NCBI GenBank assembly: GCA_032250835.1
Contig: JAVVEA010000012.1
Location: 52,517 to 116,516 of the forward strand
Length of the DNA: 64,000 bases
Source of the DNA: a bacterium
Lineage (GTDB): Bacteria > SAR324 > XYD2-FULL-50-16
Reading direction: 5' to 3'
Shown: piece after piece, positions 21,309 through 30,070 of the stretch
Layout of the letters: every line of letters begins with the position of its first letter
How positions within the stretch are numbered: position 1 is the first letter of the stretch
Translations under genes and position numbers: made by a program
The notes under the pieces: generated by a model
Seen by the model: the letters and a program-made list of their open reading frames with translations, nothing else
Databases searched by the model: none
Told to the model about the DNA's origin: nothing

Positions 21309-22766
21309 TCAACCCAACAACTTCATGATCGAATTGGGCATATTGTTGGCGTGGCTGAGCATCGCCGTAGCCGACTCGACCATGATCTGGTTTCTGGTGA
21401 AAGAAGCCATTTCCATAGCCATGTCGGTGTCGCGAATGGTCGACTCAGCCGCTACGAGATTCTCCGAAGCAATCCGCAGGTTCGATAGATTGCTTTCCAG
21501 GGTGTTTTTCTGGAAGGCACCCAACTCACCACGGATGGACGTGATGTCGTTGATCGCTTGATCGATCAACCGCAACGAGTCCTGAGCCCCGTCGAAATTC
21601 CGTACGTCGATGTCCCGCAAGCTAGCAAAACCTGAATCGTTCTCAACCCCTTTGCCCAATGACTTAGAAGAGGTGTCAAACAACGATACACTAGCGGTTT
21701 GGCCCTGGTTGCCCCCGATTTGGAAGGTCAACGAGTTGTTCGAAACCGCTACGGAGCCAATTTTAACGCCCCCTTCGGGGATGTCGCCATCGGTGCCGGC
21801 CCTACCCCAAAAGCCTACTTTTAGGCCTTCGACGTTTGCCGTACCACTGGAACCGGTAAGGACTTGTCCCTTACCCGAAGTGGTTTCTCCGTTGATCGAT
21901 CCTTCAATGTCCTGACCATTGTCGATGGTCTGGACCGCCCCGCCTTCGTCCGAAAGCAGGCCAGAGGAAGTCGATGAGACTTGAAACTGTTGGCCGGAGC
22001 CATATTGTTTGTGGGTCACCACCAACTGGTTTTGTTCGTTTAGCGAAACTTCAACATCCAACCCTGAGTCTTTGACGGCGCTAGAAAGCCGTTGTACGGC
22101 CGTCTTCACGTTGTCGCTGCTCTCAGCTTTGAACCTTGCGATCTTCCCGCCCTCAATGATGGTAAACTCCTCGCCTGCGGCGATGGCTTCTTCCGTTAGG
22201 GCTTGCTTGCCGACCACTTGGCTGCGGGTGGCGTTTTTGGTGACCACTACGTCGTAACCGTCGGCGTCTGAAGCTTGAGTCTTGACGCTAGCGCCAAGAA
22301 ATTCAACTCCATTACCGATGGCCACGCCGGTGGCACCATTACTTCCATCAAGCAACTTCCGTTTGCCGAACTGCGTCTGGGCAGCGATCCGATCTAAAGA
22401 TTGAAGCGCGTTGGAAATCTCGAGTTGGTCCGCTTGCAGCATGACCTCGTCGTTCATCCCCTCGTTGGAAGCGTGAATAGACAACTGCCGCATGGATACC
22501 AAGAGGCGGTTGACTTCGTTCAGCGCACCTTCGGTGGTCTGAATGACGCTGATAGCGTTCTCGTTGTTCGTTACGGCCTGGTTGACCGAAGCGACCTGAG
22601 CACGCATCTGCTCGGAAATCACCAATTGCGCCGGGCCGTCACTGGCCCGGTTGATCTTCAATCCGCTGGAAAGCTTTTCCAGGGAGCCCCGAAGAGCCGT
22701 CTCGTTAGCGAGCAGGTTCCGGTGGGCGTTTAAGGCACTCTTGTTATGATTGATACGAACACTCAT
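21309..22766 (-). CDS. fliC: Flagellin (paralog 2)
   Basis: MSVRINHN, KLSSGLKINRASD, AAESTIRDTDMA; same length (485 aa) as paralog 1. Confidence 0.96.
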   Translation of the reverse strand: MSVRINHNKSALNAHRNLLANETALRGSLEKLSSGLKINRASDGPAQLVISEQMRAQVASVNQAVTNNENAISVIQTTEGALNEVNRLLVSMRQLSIHASNEGMNDEVMLQADQLEISNALQSLDRIAAQTQFGKRKLLDGSNGATGVAIGNGVEFLGASVKTQASDADGYDVVVTKNATRSQVVGKQALTEEAIAAGEEFTIIEGGKIARFKAESSDNVKTAVQRLSSAVKDSGLDVEVSLNEQNQLVVTHKQYGSGQQFQVSSTSSGLLSDEGGAVQTIDNGQDIEGSINGETTSGKGQVLTGSSGTANVEGLKVGFWGRAGTDGDIPEGGVKIGSVAVSNNSLTFQIGGNQGQTASVSLFDTSSKSLGKGVENDSGFASLRDIDVRNFDGAQDSLRLIDQAINDITSIRGELGAFQKNTLESNLSNLRIASENLVAAESTIRDTDMAMEMASFTRNQIMVESATAMLSHANNMPNSIMKLLG

Positions 22767-22910
22767 AACATTCTCCTTGTGAGATGGTTTAGCCCGAAAT
22801 CCTTATCGGGCCGGTAAGCCAAGTCATGGCTACTTCGCAAAGCTCGGATCGGCAAAAAAGTTCGGTCGCCAACTCCTTTTGGCGGACAACCAAATCCTTT
22901 TGGTTTCTCC
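22767..22910 (-). promoter_or_regulatory. Candidate CsrA/RsmA binding hairpins in the flagellin 2 leader
   Basis: Minus-strand hairpins AACCAA-aaggat-TTGGTT, CGCCAA-aaggag-TTGGCG and GCCCGA-taaggatt-TCGGGC, plus SD AAGGAG. Confidence 0.7.
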
Positions 22911-23038
22911 AAGCGAAGCACCCTACGAAGTCCCCCTAGAGGGGCCTCCCAGGGCAGCTCCCATATCCAACCCAAGCCTAACTTCTCGGGATATGGCAAC
23001 TGCCGGGCGTGGTTCACCTTGCGCACCTCACGCATTAT

Positions 23039-23065
23039 CCATAGGCAATCTCCAATTCAGGTTTA
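23039..23065 (-). promoter_or_regulatory. Sigma28 (FliA)-like promoter for the flagellins
   Basis: TAAA-N15-GCCTATGG versus consensus TAAA-N15-GCCGATAA. Confidence 0.55.
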
Positions 23066-23258
23066 AAATAACCCTCCGTTGGCCACAGAGGGAGTTAGTT
23101 CCTTAACGGCTAAAGGCCGCTAAAACTTAAATACTCTTCGCCGCAAACAGGCCTTGGGCTTAGATTTAACCCCGTCCAGCCTAGTTGTAGCCCGATCAAA
23201 AAAACACAAAAAGGAGCTTCGAGCCAGGTCTTAGACCCGGACCCTTGGCCCCTGTGTT

Positions 23259-23450
23259 TCATGAGGCCGCATCCAAGGGCCCGCTTTCGTATTCGTCGAT
23301 TTCGATAAACAACGGCGGATCTTCAGGCGCGTAAACCAGTTTCAATCCTGGCTGGATGCGCGTTAAGCTACGTTCGTCGAAGCAGATGTTGATCACCCGT
23401 TTCGCATAATTGGAGCTGTAGCGCTCCTTAGCAACTCGTTTGGCTTTCAT
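23259..23450 (-). CDS. Small hypothetical protein (63 aa)
   Basis: ATG preceded by AAGGAGAAAAGGA; lies between fliS and the flagellins; no recognised motif. Confidence 0.55.
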   Translation of the reverse strand: MKAKRVAKERYSSNYAKRVINICFDERSLTRIQPGLKLVYAPEDPPLFIEIDEYESGPLDAAS

Positions 23451-23468
23451 GGTCCTTTTCTCCTTTGA

Positions 23469-23522
23469 TCATGGCACAGCTTTCGCATCTCCATAATCGT
23501 CATGGTTAATTCGCAAACTCAT
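23469..23522 (-). other. 17-codon mini-ORF MSLRINHDDYGDAKAVP with a flagellin-identical start
   Basis: 23502-23524 is identical over 23 nt to 20973-20995 (start of flagellin 1); GGGGA upstream. Confidence 0.6.
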
Positions 23523-23739
23523 ATGCCGGATCCCCAAGGACCCCAAAAATTCGCGGTGCCGCACACGCCGCAGGGGAATCCAGAAGGATCCCGGATATGG
23601 GCAGAGTGATCCGACCAGACTCCTAATCAAAATCCCCTTGCCTTAAAATTTTGCCAAAAGTCCCCCGGGCCGCTTATCGTTTTTCGATGCCGCCTAGTTC
23701 TTTACCTATGGGGGCCAGTGCCTGGGCACCGGATGGGTC

Positions 23740-24177
23740 TTAACCTTCTACATTAACCGGCTTGACGGTACCGCGCATCTGCACATAATTGCTTTTGGTT
23801 TTGCGCTGTTCGATCACCGCACGCCAACCTTCGCGCAACTCGGTTAACAGAACCAAACACTCGTCGGTCAAGACCGGACTTTTTTGGATGTTCGCATCGA
23901 TCAGCCGGTTGTAGATGTAGGTGTACAGCTTCTGAAGGTTAACACCGATCTCTCCGGTGCCTTCGGTATTCAAAGACCCCAACAACTCGGCCACAATGTC
24001 CTTGGTCTTCACCAACGAGGTGTGGGCTCCTTCCAAGTCGTTTTCTTCGAGTTTGATCAAAGCTTTCTTTAAAAAGCGCACCGCGCCGTCGTACAACATC
24101 AAGATCAGGGTCGCCTGATCCTGGGTGTTTACGGCGGCCTTTTTGTAGGCCTGGCTGCCTTTGGCATAGGGGTTCAT
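23740..24177 (-). CDS. fliS: Flagellar export chaperone FliS
   Basis: LILMLYDGA, NLxxLYxY and ELREGW motifs; downstream of fliD. Confidence 0.95.
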   Translation of the reverse strand: MNPYAKGSQAYKKAAVNTQDQATLILMLYDGAVRFLKKALIKLEENDLEGAHTSLVKTKDIVAELLGSLNTEGTGEIGVNLQKLYTYIYNRLIDANIQKSPVLTDECLVLLTELREGWRAVIEQRKTKSNYVQMRGTVKPVNVEG

Positions 24178-24194
24178 GTTTCCTCCGAATTAAT

Positions 24195-27100
24195 CTACAG
24201 TTTTGCCAGTTCCTTACTCATGTAGCTTTGTTCAGCTTTTAGCTGGCCCATCTTCGAGTCAAGGCGGGCAAACTTTTCCACCAACTTTTCGCGTTTGGCG
24301 GTCACGCGCTCTTCGAGGGTTTTCACCTCCGCTTCGTAGCCCTTGAGCTGTTCTTCAACGTTCTTGGTGTAAATCCCCAGGGCCCCGGTTTCGGCGTCCA
24401 TTAGTCCGGTGATATACTCCATCACGCGGGTGCCCACCCCTTTAGTGAACACCATATTCGCTTCGGGCCCTTCGGCTAGTTGGGTGTCGGCCAGCGAGAC
24501 AAATAGCTTCAACCCTTCAAAATCAGTCCCTTCGGGCCCGGATAAGATCTGACCCGAGCCGTCCATCTCGATGCCGTTGATGCTGCCCTGAACATTTTTA
24601 CCCGCCGCCCCTTCGCCGCCCATCAAGAAATGCGGTTTGAGGTTGTCCACTTCCTTGGGCCGGACCTCGATGGCGCTTCTCGAACCGGTCAGGTTCGAGC
24701 GGATCGTGATTTTGCCTTGGTCCTGAGTCACGGCTATGTTCATGCGCTTAAGCGCTTTATCTTCCAAAATCTTTTTCTGTAATTCCTTAGCCAGCATCTC
24801 GACGCTGTCATAGGTCTTCTTTTCTAACTCGATCGGTTCGGACTCGCGTCCGTTGACCTTTAAAAAGATCACGTTATTGGTGTCGTCGACCACCACGGGC
24901 TGCGTAAAGGTTTGGGTGCTATAATACCCTTTGCTCGCCGCTTGGGTGATGTCGATGGCAAAGCCGTCTGCACCGCTCAACTTGGTTTTCTCGGTAGACG
25001 AGAGATAACTGATCGCGCTGTTCTCGCTGGTGCCATTGCTGCGGAACAGGTTGGCTACCTTAGAGAGGTCGTCATTGACCGCTTGGTTCAGTTTGTCTTC
25101 GTCTACAATAATGGTCCCTTCACCACCAATTTTGAGGCCAATGGCCATCAGCAAGTTGGCGTCTTCGGGCAACCCGCTCACCGGGTTGATGAAGATCCGC
25201 GACATCTCTTGTTGGATCCGCGGAAGGTTCCGGTCGCCCTGCAACGGGGCCGCCTCATCCTTATCCTTGTCGTACTTGATCACCTCTCTAAAGAAGGTGA
25301 GCATTTCGTTGTACGAATCCACAAATTCTTTGACGCCGGCGATGGCCTTTTCGGTATCGCCTTTGATGCTGATGGTCACCGGCTTTTCGGAGGTGGCCAA
25401 AAGGTTCAACTTGACCCCATCAATCACGTCGTCCAGTTCGTTGGTGGCGCTGGTGATCAGCAAACCGCCGCCCAATTCGGTCGCCCCTAGCCGAACCTCA
25501 GCATCTTGGGGCGGTTGGATGACCGGGCTGAAGGTGCGGAAGGTGAAGCTATCGGTTTCAAAGATACTCCCTTCGCCCAACTGCAAGCTCAAGCCCGAGT
25601 CGAAGGCTAGGGCCGCTCCGGCTTGGTAGTGGTCGCCACCTACCTTCAAAACGCCCGAATTGCCTTCATTGTCTTCCCATTTCATCTCCAAGCCCTTGGT
25701 GGTCCCGATGGTACCGGAGCCCAGGGCGGTGAAGGTATAGACCTTGGATTCATAGCCCTCAAAGTTACCTACGATCTGCTTTTCTACGTTGCTGACCCTA
25801 GGTCCTTTCGGAGCCGTCGAAGCCTTTGCGCCACCACCAAAACCGGTCGAGGCGGCATCGTCTTCTACCTCAGGGCCGATCCAACTGCTCAAATTTTTAA
25901 TCTGCCCACCTTCTACCTGATCCGACTCGGGCAACCACCAATAGTTGGCCGTCGATTCAGACTGGCATTCGAAGGTAGCATAACTGCCTTCGTTTAGCAG
26001 ACCGGGCTTCAACTCGATCTCTAGGCCTCGGCCCAAGCTCATTTTGGTGCCCGGTTGGTAACCGTCCCCGACGAAGATAGTGCCGGAGAAACCATTTTCA
26101 CTGGTCACCTCAATCTTTAAATCACCTTGGCCGATCTGACCGGAGCCCACCACCTTCATGGTGAAGCGGTCGTCTTCTGCTCCGTCATATTGGCCGGTGA
26201 CGATCGGTCCACCTTCGGTGGCCTGCTTGCCCCAACTGGCCGGTTGTTGGATCGCCGGGGCCCGCTCTTCATCAGACTTCCACCAATAGATTTCCGGTTC
26301 CTGTGGCTTAGCCTTGGCTTCGAAGCTGTCGTTAACGATCACTTCCCCATCGGTCATCACCAACTGGATCCCGTCGACTACCTCCACCGGCTCTCCGGGG
26401 GTGTAGTTAAAACTGCCCAAGTCCAGGTAGCCATGGCGTCCCTGGTTGTCTTCCCAGCGCACCCTTAAGGTTTCGCTAACCCCGACCGCGCCGGTGTTGA
26501 CCACCGTAAACTTCAGGTCTAAGGGTTCGGTGCCCGTATAGGTCCCGATCAATTCCGGGATCGCCGTCGAAGCGCCGGTTCCGGTCGCCTTGGAATCTGC
26601 TTTGTCTCCTGCCGCAGCAATCCCTTTCCACTTGCTGGGCTGGTTGTAATAGGGGTCGAAGGTCGGCGAGGGGATTCCCTCTTCGCCTTGCAGTTCGACC
26701 TGGGTAAAGATTTCCCCATCTTTGCCCGTCATCTTGCTGGTCAACACGATCTGATAGGGCGCTTCTTTGTTGCCCGTCTTGATGATGTTGGCCTCTACCT
26801 CAGCGTCCAGCGCGTTGATCGCGTCGGCAAAGCCTTGCACTGTATTGTTGGTGTCATCGACCACAAAACTTTCGGAGGCATTTTCGCCCACCGTTAACGT
26901 AACCTTTCCTTTACCAATCTGGGCGTCCTTTTCGGCAAAGCCCTGGCTGGCAATCTGGTGGTTTAAGGCCAGCTTATCGACCACCAAGGTATGTTTGCCC
27001 GGCTTCGCTCCACTGGTGGCGCTGGCGGCGACGATCTCGGGGTCCGAGCTATCGACCAGCTTGCCTTCCCACATGGACTTCTTCGAGAGCACCTCGGACT

Positions 27101-27290
27101 TATCCTTTACCTGCTCAATCAAAGCCTTGACCTGCTTCCAGGCCTCCAACTCGACGGTCTTCTCAGTGGCCCGGCCCTGGATCGGCTCGATCTTCTTTTT
27201 TTCGACCTCAACCAATTTTTCGATGATGTTCTTGACGTCCAAACCGGAGCCAAGCCCTTGCATCATATTGGGTGAAATTTCACCAGCCAT
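24195..27290 (-). CDS. fliD: Flagellar filament cap protein FliD, unusually large (about 1031 aa)
   Basis: N-terminal GLGSGLDVKNII; QDA..ATNELDDVIDGVKLNL; FVDSYN; C-terminal KFARLDSKMGQL; ATG 27290. Confidence 0.92.
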   Translation of the reverse strand: MAGEISPNMMQGLGSGLDVKNIIEKLVEVEKKKIEPIQGRATEKTVELEAWKQVKALIEQVKDKSEVLSKKSMWEGKLVDSSDPEIVAASATSGAKPGKHTLVVDKLALNHQIASQGFAEKDAQIGKGKVTLTVGENASESFVVDDTNNTVQGFADAINALDAEVEANIIKTGNKEAPYQIVLTSKMTGKDGEIFTQVELQGEEGIPSPTFDPYYNQPSKWKGIAAAGDKADSKATGTGASTAIPELIGTYTGTEPLDLKFTVVNTGAVGVSETLRVRWEDNQGRHGYLDLGSFNYTPGEPVEVVDGIQLVMTDGEVIVNDSFEAKAKPQEPEIYWWKSDEERAPAIQQPASWGKQATEGGPIVTGQYDGAEDDRFTMKVVGSGQIGQGDLKIEVTSENGFSGTIFVGDGYQPGTKMSLGRGLEIELKPGLLNEGSYATFECQSESTANYWWLPESDQVEGGQIKNLSSWIGPEVEDDAASTGFGGGAKASTAPKGPRVSNVEKQIVGNFEGYESKVYTFTALGSGTIGTTKGLEMKWEDNEGNSGVLKVGGDHYQAGAALAFDSGLSLQLGEGSIFETDSFTFRTFSPVIQPPQDAEVRLGATELGGGLLITSATNELDDVIDGVKLNLLATSEKPVTISIKGDTEKAIAGVKEFVDSYNEMLTFFREVIKYDKDKDEAAPLQGDRNLPRIQQEMSRIFINPVSGLPEDANLLMAIGLKIGGEGTIIVDEDKLNQAVNDDLSKVANLFRSNGTSENSAISYLSSTEKTKLSGADGFAIDITQAASKGYYSTQTFTQPVVVDDTNNVIFLKVNGRESEPIELEKKTYDSVEMLAKELQKKILEDKALKRMNIAVTQDQGKITIRSNLTGSRSAIEVRPKEVDNLKPHFLMGGEGAAGKNVQGSINGIEMDGSGQILSGPEGTDFEGLKLFVSLADTQLAEGPEANMVFTKGVGTRVMEYITGLMDAETGALGIYTKNVEEQLKGYEAEVKTLEERVTAKREKLVEKFARLDSKMGQLKAEQSYMSKELAKL

Positions 27291-27865
27291 ATTGAAACCT
27301 ATCCTTGAGAAGGTCGGAACCGGCAAATAGTTCCGCAGTCTTTAACTAGAGACTCCGCTCGACCCAACGGATTAAACTCCGTCGTAGGGACCTCCTTTTA
27401 TTGCTACCCGCCGTAATCAAAGGCGGACAGGTTCAGGAGCGGACCTGCCTTGCCATCGGGCAAGAGGTCCCTGAGGTTGATTGGGCCATCAAAGGCCCTA
27501 GAATCCCAAGGATAGGTTTACAATTCTTGTTCCAACTTGCCTTTACACTCCTTCTTTCTTTTTCGCCCGCCTGCTTAAGCTCCGGCGTTGGGGCCTAAGA
27601 GGATCAAGGCGATTACCGTTTAGGGGTGGCCGCGAGGGCCACTGGCTCCTCTGGTGAGCCCGATCATACGGGCCAGACCACTCGCCTCAGGCGAAATGCT
27701 GGCCACCCCATTAAGTTCCCCCTTTTAAAGGGGCTAAAGATTTGGCCTCCTACAGGCTGATAGGCGCACACCCCAGCCTGCAGGAGCCGACCCGAGGGGG
27801 TCGGTGTCATGGTGCTTTCGCACCCAATCTAACGGGCGGAACCTAGCCCTTTGGCTTAAGTCCTT
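27291..27865 (-). ncRNA. Candidate long structured leader or ncRNA upstream of fliD
   Basis: No minus-strand ORF of 60 aa or more in the track; multibranch stems AGGGACCTC/GAGGTCCCT and GGGGTGGCC/GGCCACCCC, plus many small hairpins. Confidence 0.45.
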
Positions 27866-27871
27866 GCCTCC

Positions 27872-27898
27872 TTATCGGCGGCTCCTTTTAGAACTTGA
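27872..27898 (-). promoter_or_regulatory. Sigma28 (FliA) promoter for fliD-fliS
   Basis: TCAA-N15-GCCGATAA with a perfect -10 element. Confidence 0.8.
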
Positions 27899-28181
27899 GC
27901 CTTTTTTCTTAATTTTCACTCGAACCCGCTGGGGCCTGCGTCCTAAGATGATCCCTAAGATCCATAACATCTCATCCTCCGTTGGGAGTTCTTTTTCGAT
28001 TTGGCGCCAAGGATTGCGCTTGCTTCCCTATCGGTTGCTCTGAGCTTTAACTTAACTATATTTTTTATTTTTTAGTTACAGTTAGTTGGATTTGATTATT
28101 GAGCTTGGGCTTGCCAGAATGAAGCGGTTTTGATTTATATATGACTAACTTGATCAGTTTACTCATCTATAAAAGGGCGGT

Positions 28182-29432
28182 ATGGAACTTTGGTTGACTC
28201 TGCTGGCGGTGGCTCTGGTGATCGGTCTGTTTTTGGTGACCTCCTGGCGGCCAGACCTGATTTTGGGTTGCGCCATTGGCCTGTTGGTGCTGACCGGCAC
28301 CTTGACGCCCGCTGAGGCCCTGAAGGGGTTTTCTAATCAGGCCGTGCTGACCATTGCCCTTTTGTATCTGGTGGTCGGTGGGTTGCAGCATAGCGGTGGC
28401 ATGCTCTGGCTCTCGCGCCACCTGTTAGGCAGTCCGGCGAGTGAATGGCGGGGCCGGTTGCGGATGATCACCCCGGTGATCGGCCTGAGCGCCTTCATGA
28501 ACAACACCCCGGTGGTGGCCTTGATGATCCCGGCGGTACAAAACTGGTGTAAGCGGTTGCAGTGGGACCCAGCTAGGTTTTTATTGCCCCTCAGTTATGC
28601 CTCTATCTTAGGGGGAATCTGCAGCCTGATCGGAACCAGCACCAACCTGGTGGTTGCTGGGCTGGCGTTAGAGGAAGGTTTGACCGAAATCGGCCTGTTT
28701 GACGTCACCCCGGTGGGCCTGCCCTGCGCGGCGGTCGGACTGGTCTTCTTGATTTTTTTGGGGCCCCGGTTGCTGCCGAAGCGGAACCTAACGCCGGAGC
28801 TACGCCCCATTTCTTGGCCCCAGGACCCCAAAGAACCGAATTTAAATTACCGGGGTGCCCTCGCCCTAGGTTTGTTGGCGGCGATGGTATTGCTGGCCGC
28901 TACAGGGCTTTTGGGGATGTTTTATGCCGCTTTGGGCACCGCGTTGGCGATGCTGGTCCTGCGGTTTTTGAACTTCAAGGCAGCGGCCCGGTCGGTAGAT
29001 TGGTCTGTTTTAATCGCTATCGCCCTCTCCTTTGGCCTAAGCGAAGCGATCAAAAAACATGGCTTAGACCGGATGGTGGCCCAAGGGCTGATGGACAGTG
29101 TGGGGCAGGACCCCTTCTGGGTGTTGGTGGTCTTTTTCTTGGCCACCTCCTTGTTGACTGAGTTGGTCACCAACAATGCCACCGCCGTGCTGATGTTCCC
29201 CATCGCCCTTTCGGCAGCGGCGCAATTGGGCGTTAGCCCCCTGCCCTTTATCTTTGCCGTGATGATCGCCGCCTCATCCAGCTTTTCTTCCCCCATGGGC
29301 TACCAAACCAACCTAATGGTCTACGGCCCCGGCGGCTACCGATTCTCCGACTATTTGCGGCTGGGGGTTCCGATGAATTTACTGATCGGGGCCACGGCGT
29401 TGTGCCTCTTGCCCTGGCTCTATCCCTTCTAA
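28182..29432 (+). CDS. SLC13/CitMHS-type permease without TrkA-C domains
   Basis: SAFMNNTPVV, LIGTSTN, TELVTNNA, PMGYQTNLMVYGPGGYRFSDY. Confidence 0.9.
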   Translation: MELWLTLLAVALVIGLFLVTSWRPDLILGCAIGLLVLTGTLTPAEALKGFSNQAVLTIALLYLVVGGLQHSGGMLWLSRHLLGSPASEWRGRLRMITPVIGLSAFMNNTPVVALMIPAVQNWCKRLQWDPARFLLPLSYASILGGICSLIGTSTNLVVAGLALEEGLTEIGLFDVTPVGLPCAAVGLVFLIFLGPRLLPKRNLTPELRPISWPQDPKEPNLNYRGALALGLLAAMVLLAATGLLGMFYAALGTALAMLVLRFLNFKAAARSVDWSVLIAIALSFGLSEAIKKHGLDRMVAQGLMDSVGQDPFWVLVVFFLATSLLTELVTNNATAVLMFPIALSAAAQLGVSPLPFIFAVMIAASSSFSSPMGYQTNLMVYGPGGYRFSDYLRLGVPMNLLIGATALCLLPWLYPF

Positions 29433-29686
29433 GACGGCCTCAAGCTATGCTGGGGGCCTTCTCCTGGCGGCTTCGATCCCCTTGGGGGCCGTTGGGGTAA
29501 GCCCAGCCATAGATTGGGTCTTTTCTGTAAACACCACCGCGTCCAGTTGGCTTCACCCCAGGGCTAATAAGCCACCTAAAGACTTTATGAGTCCTAAGGA
29601 CCGGTTCGCTAACTCTATTTAATGGGGGTTGCGAGGGCGGCGTTGCCGCGCTGGCTTAAGAAGGGAGCAGGGGGCTGCCTGTTAGG

Positions 29687-30070
29687 CTATTCAGCAGGTT
29701 CTTCGGGGTCCGTCGCGACATCGGGCTTGGGCCCTTGGGCGGCCTTGAGCATTTCTTCAATCCGGTCTTCGTGGTCAAAGCCCCGGTGGTAGACGAAGTG
29801 TAGGCGGGGGGTGTTGCGGGTTTTGATCGTCTGTCCCAGTTTGGACTGGAAGAACCCGGCCGATTTGTTCAGCGCCCGCTCGATTTCTTCGGGGCTTCCT
29901 TTGGCGAAAAAAGCCGAAAAGAAGACCGTCGCTTGAGAGCCGTCGGGGCTGAGCTTGAGGTCTGCCAAGGTCACCCCTTCAAAGCGGGGGTCTTGGGATT
30001 CTTTAGCGAGAATCAAGGCGAGTTTTTCTCGGATCAATTCTCGCTTGCGGTCTTTGGAAATCTTGGCCAT
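29687..30070 (-). CDS. rbfA: Ribosome-binding factor A
   Basis: DPR, LSPD and RNTPRLHF motifs; downstream of infB. Confidence 0.92.
   Translation of the reverse strand: MAKISKDRKRELIREKLALILAKESQDPRFEGVTLADLKLSPDGSQATVFFSAFFAKGSPEEIERALNKSAGFFQSKLGQTIKTRNTPRLHFVYHRGFDHEDRIEEMLKAAQGPKPDVATDPEEPAE

Noticed and set aside
23670-23706. Sigma28 promoter for the mini-ORF (AACGATAA)
   Set aside because: No TAAA or TCAA at the 15-nt spacing.
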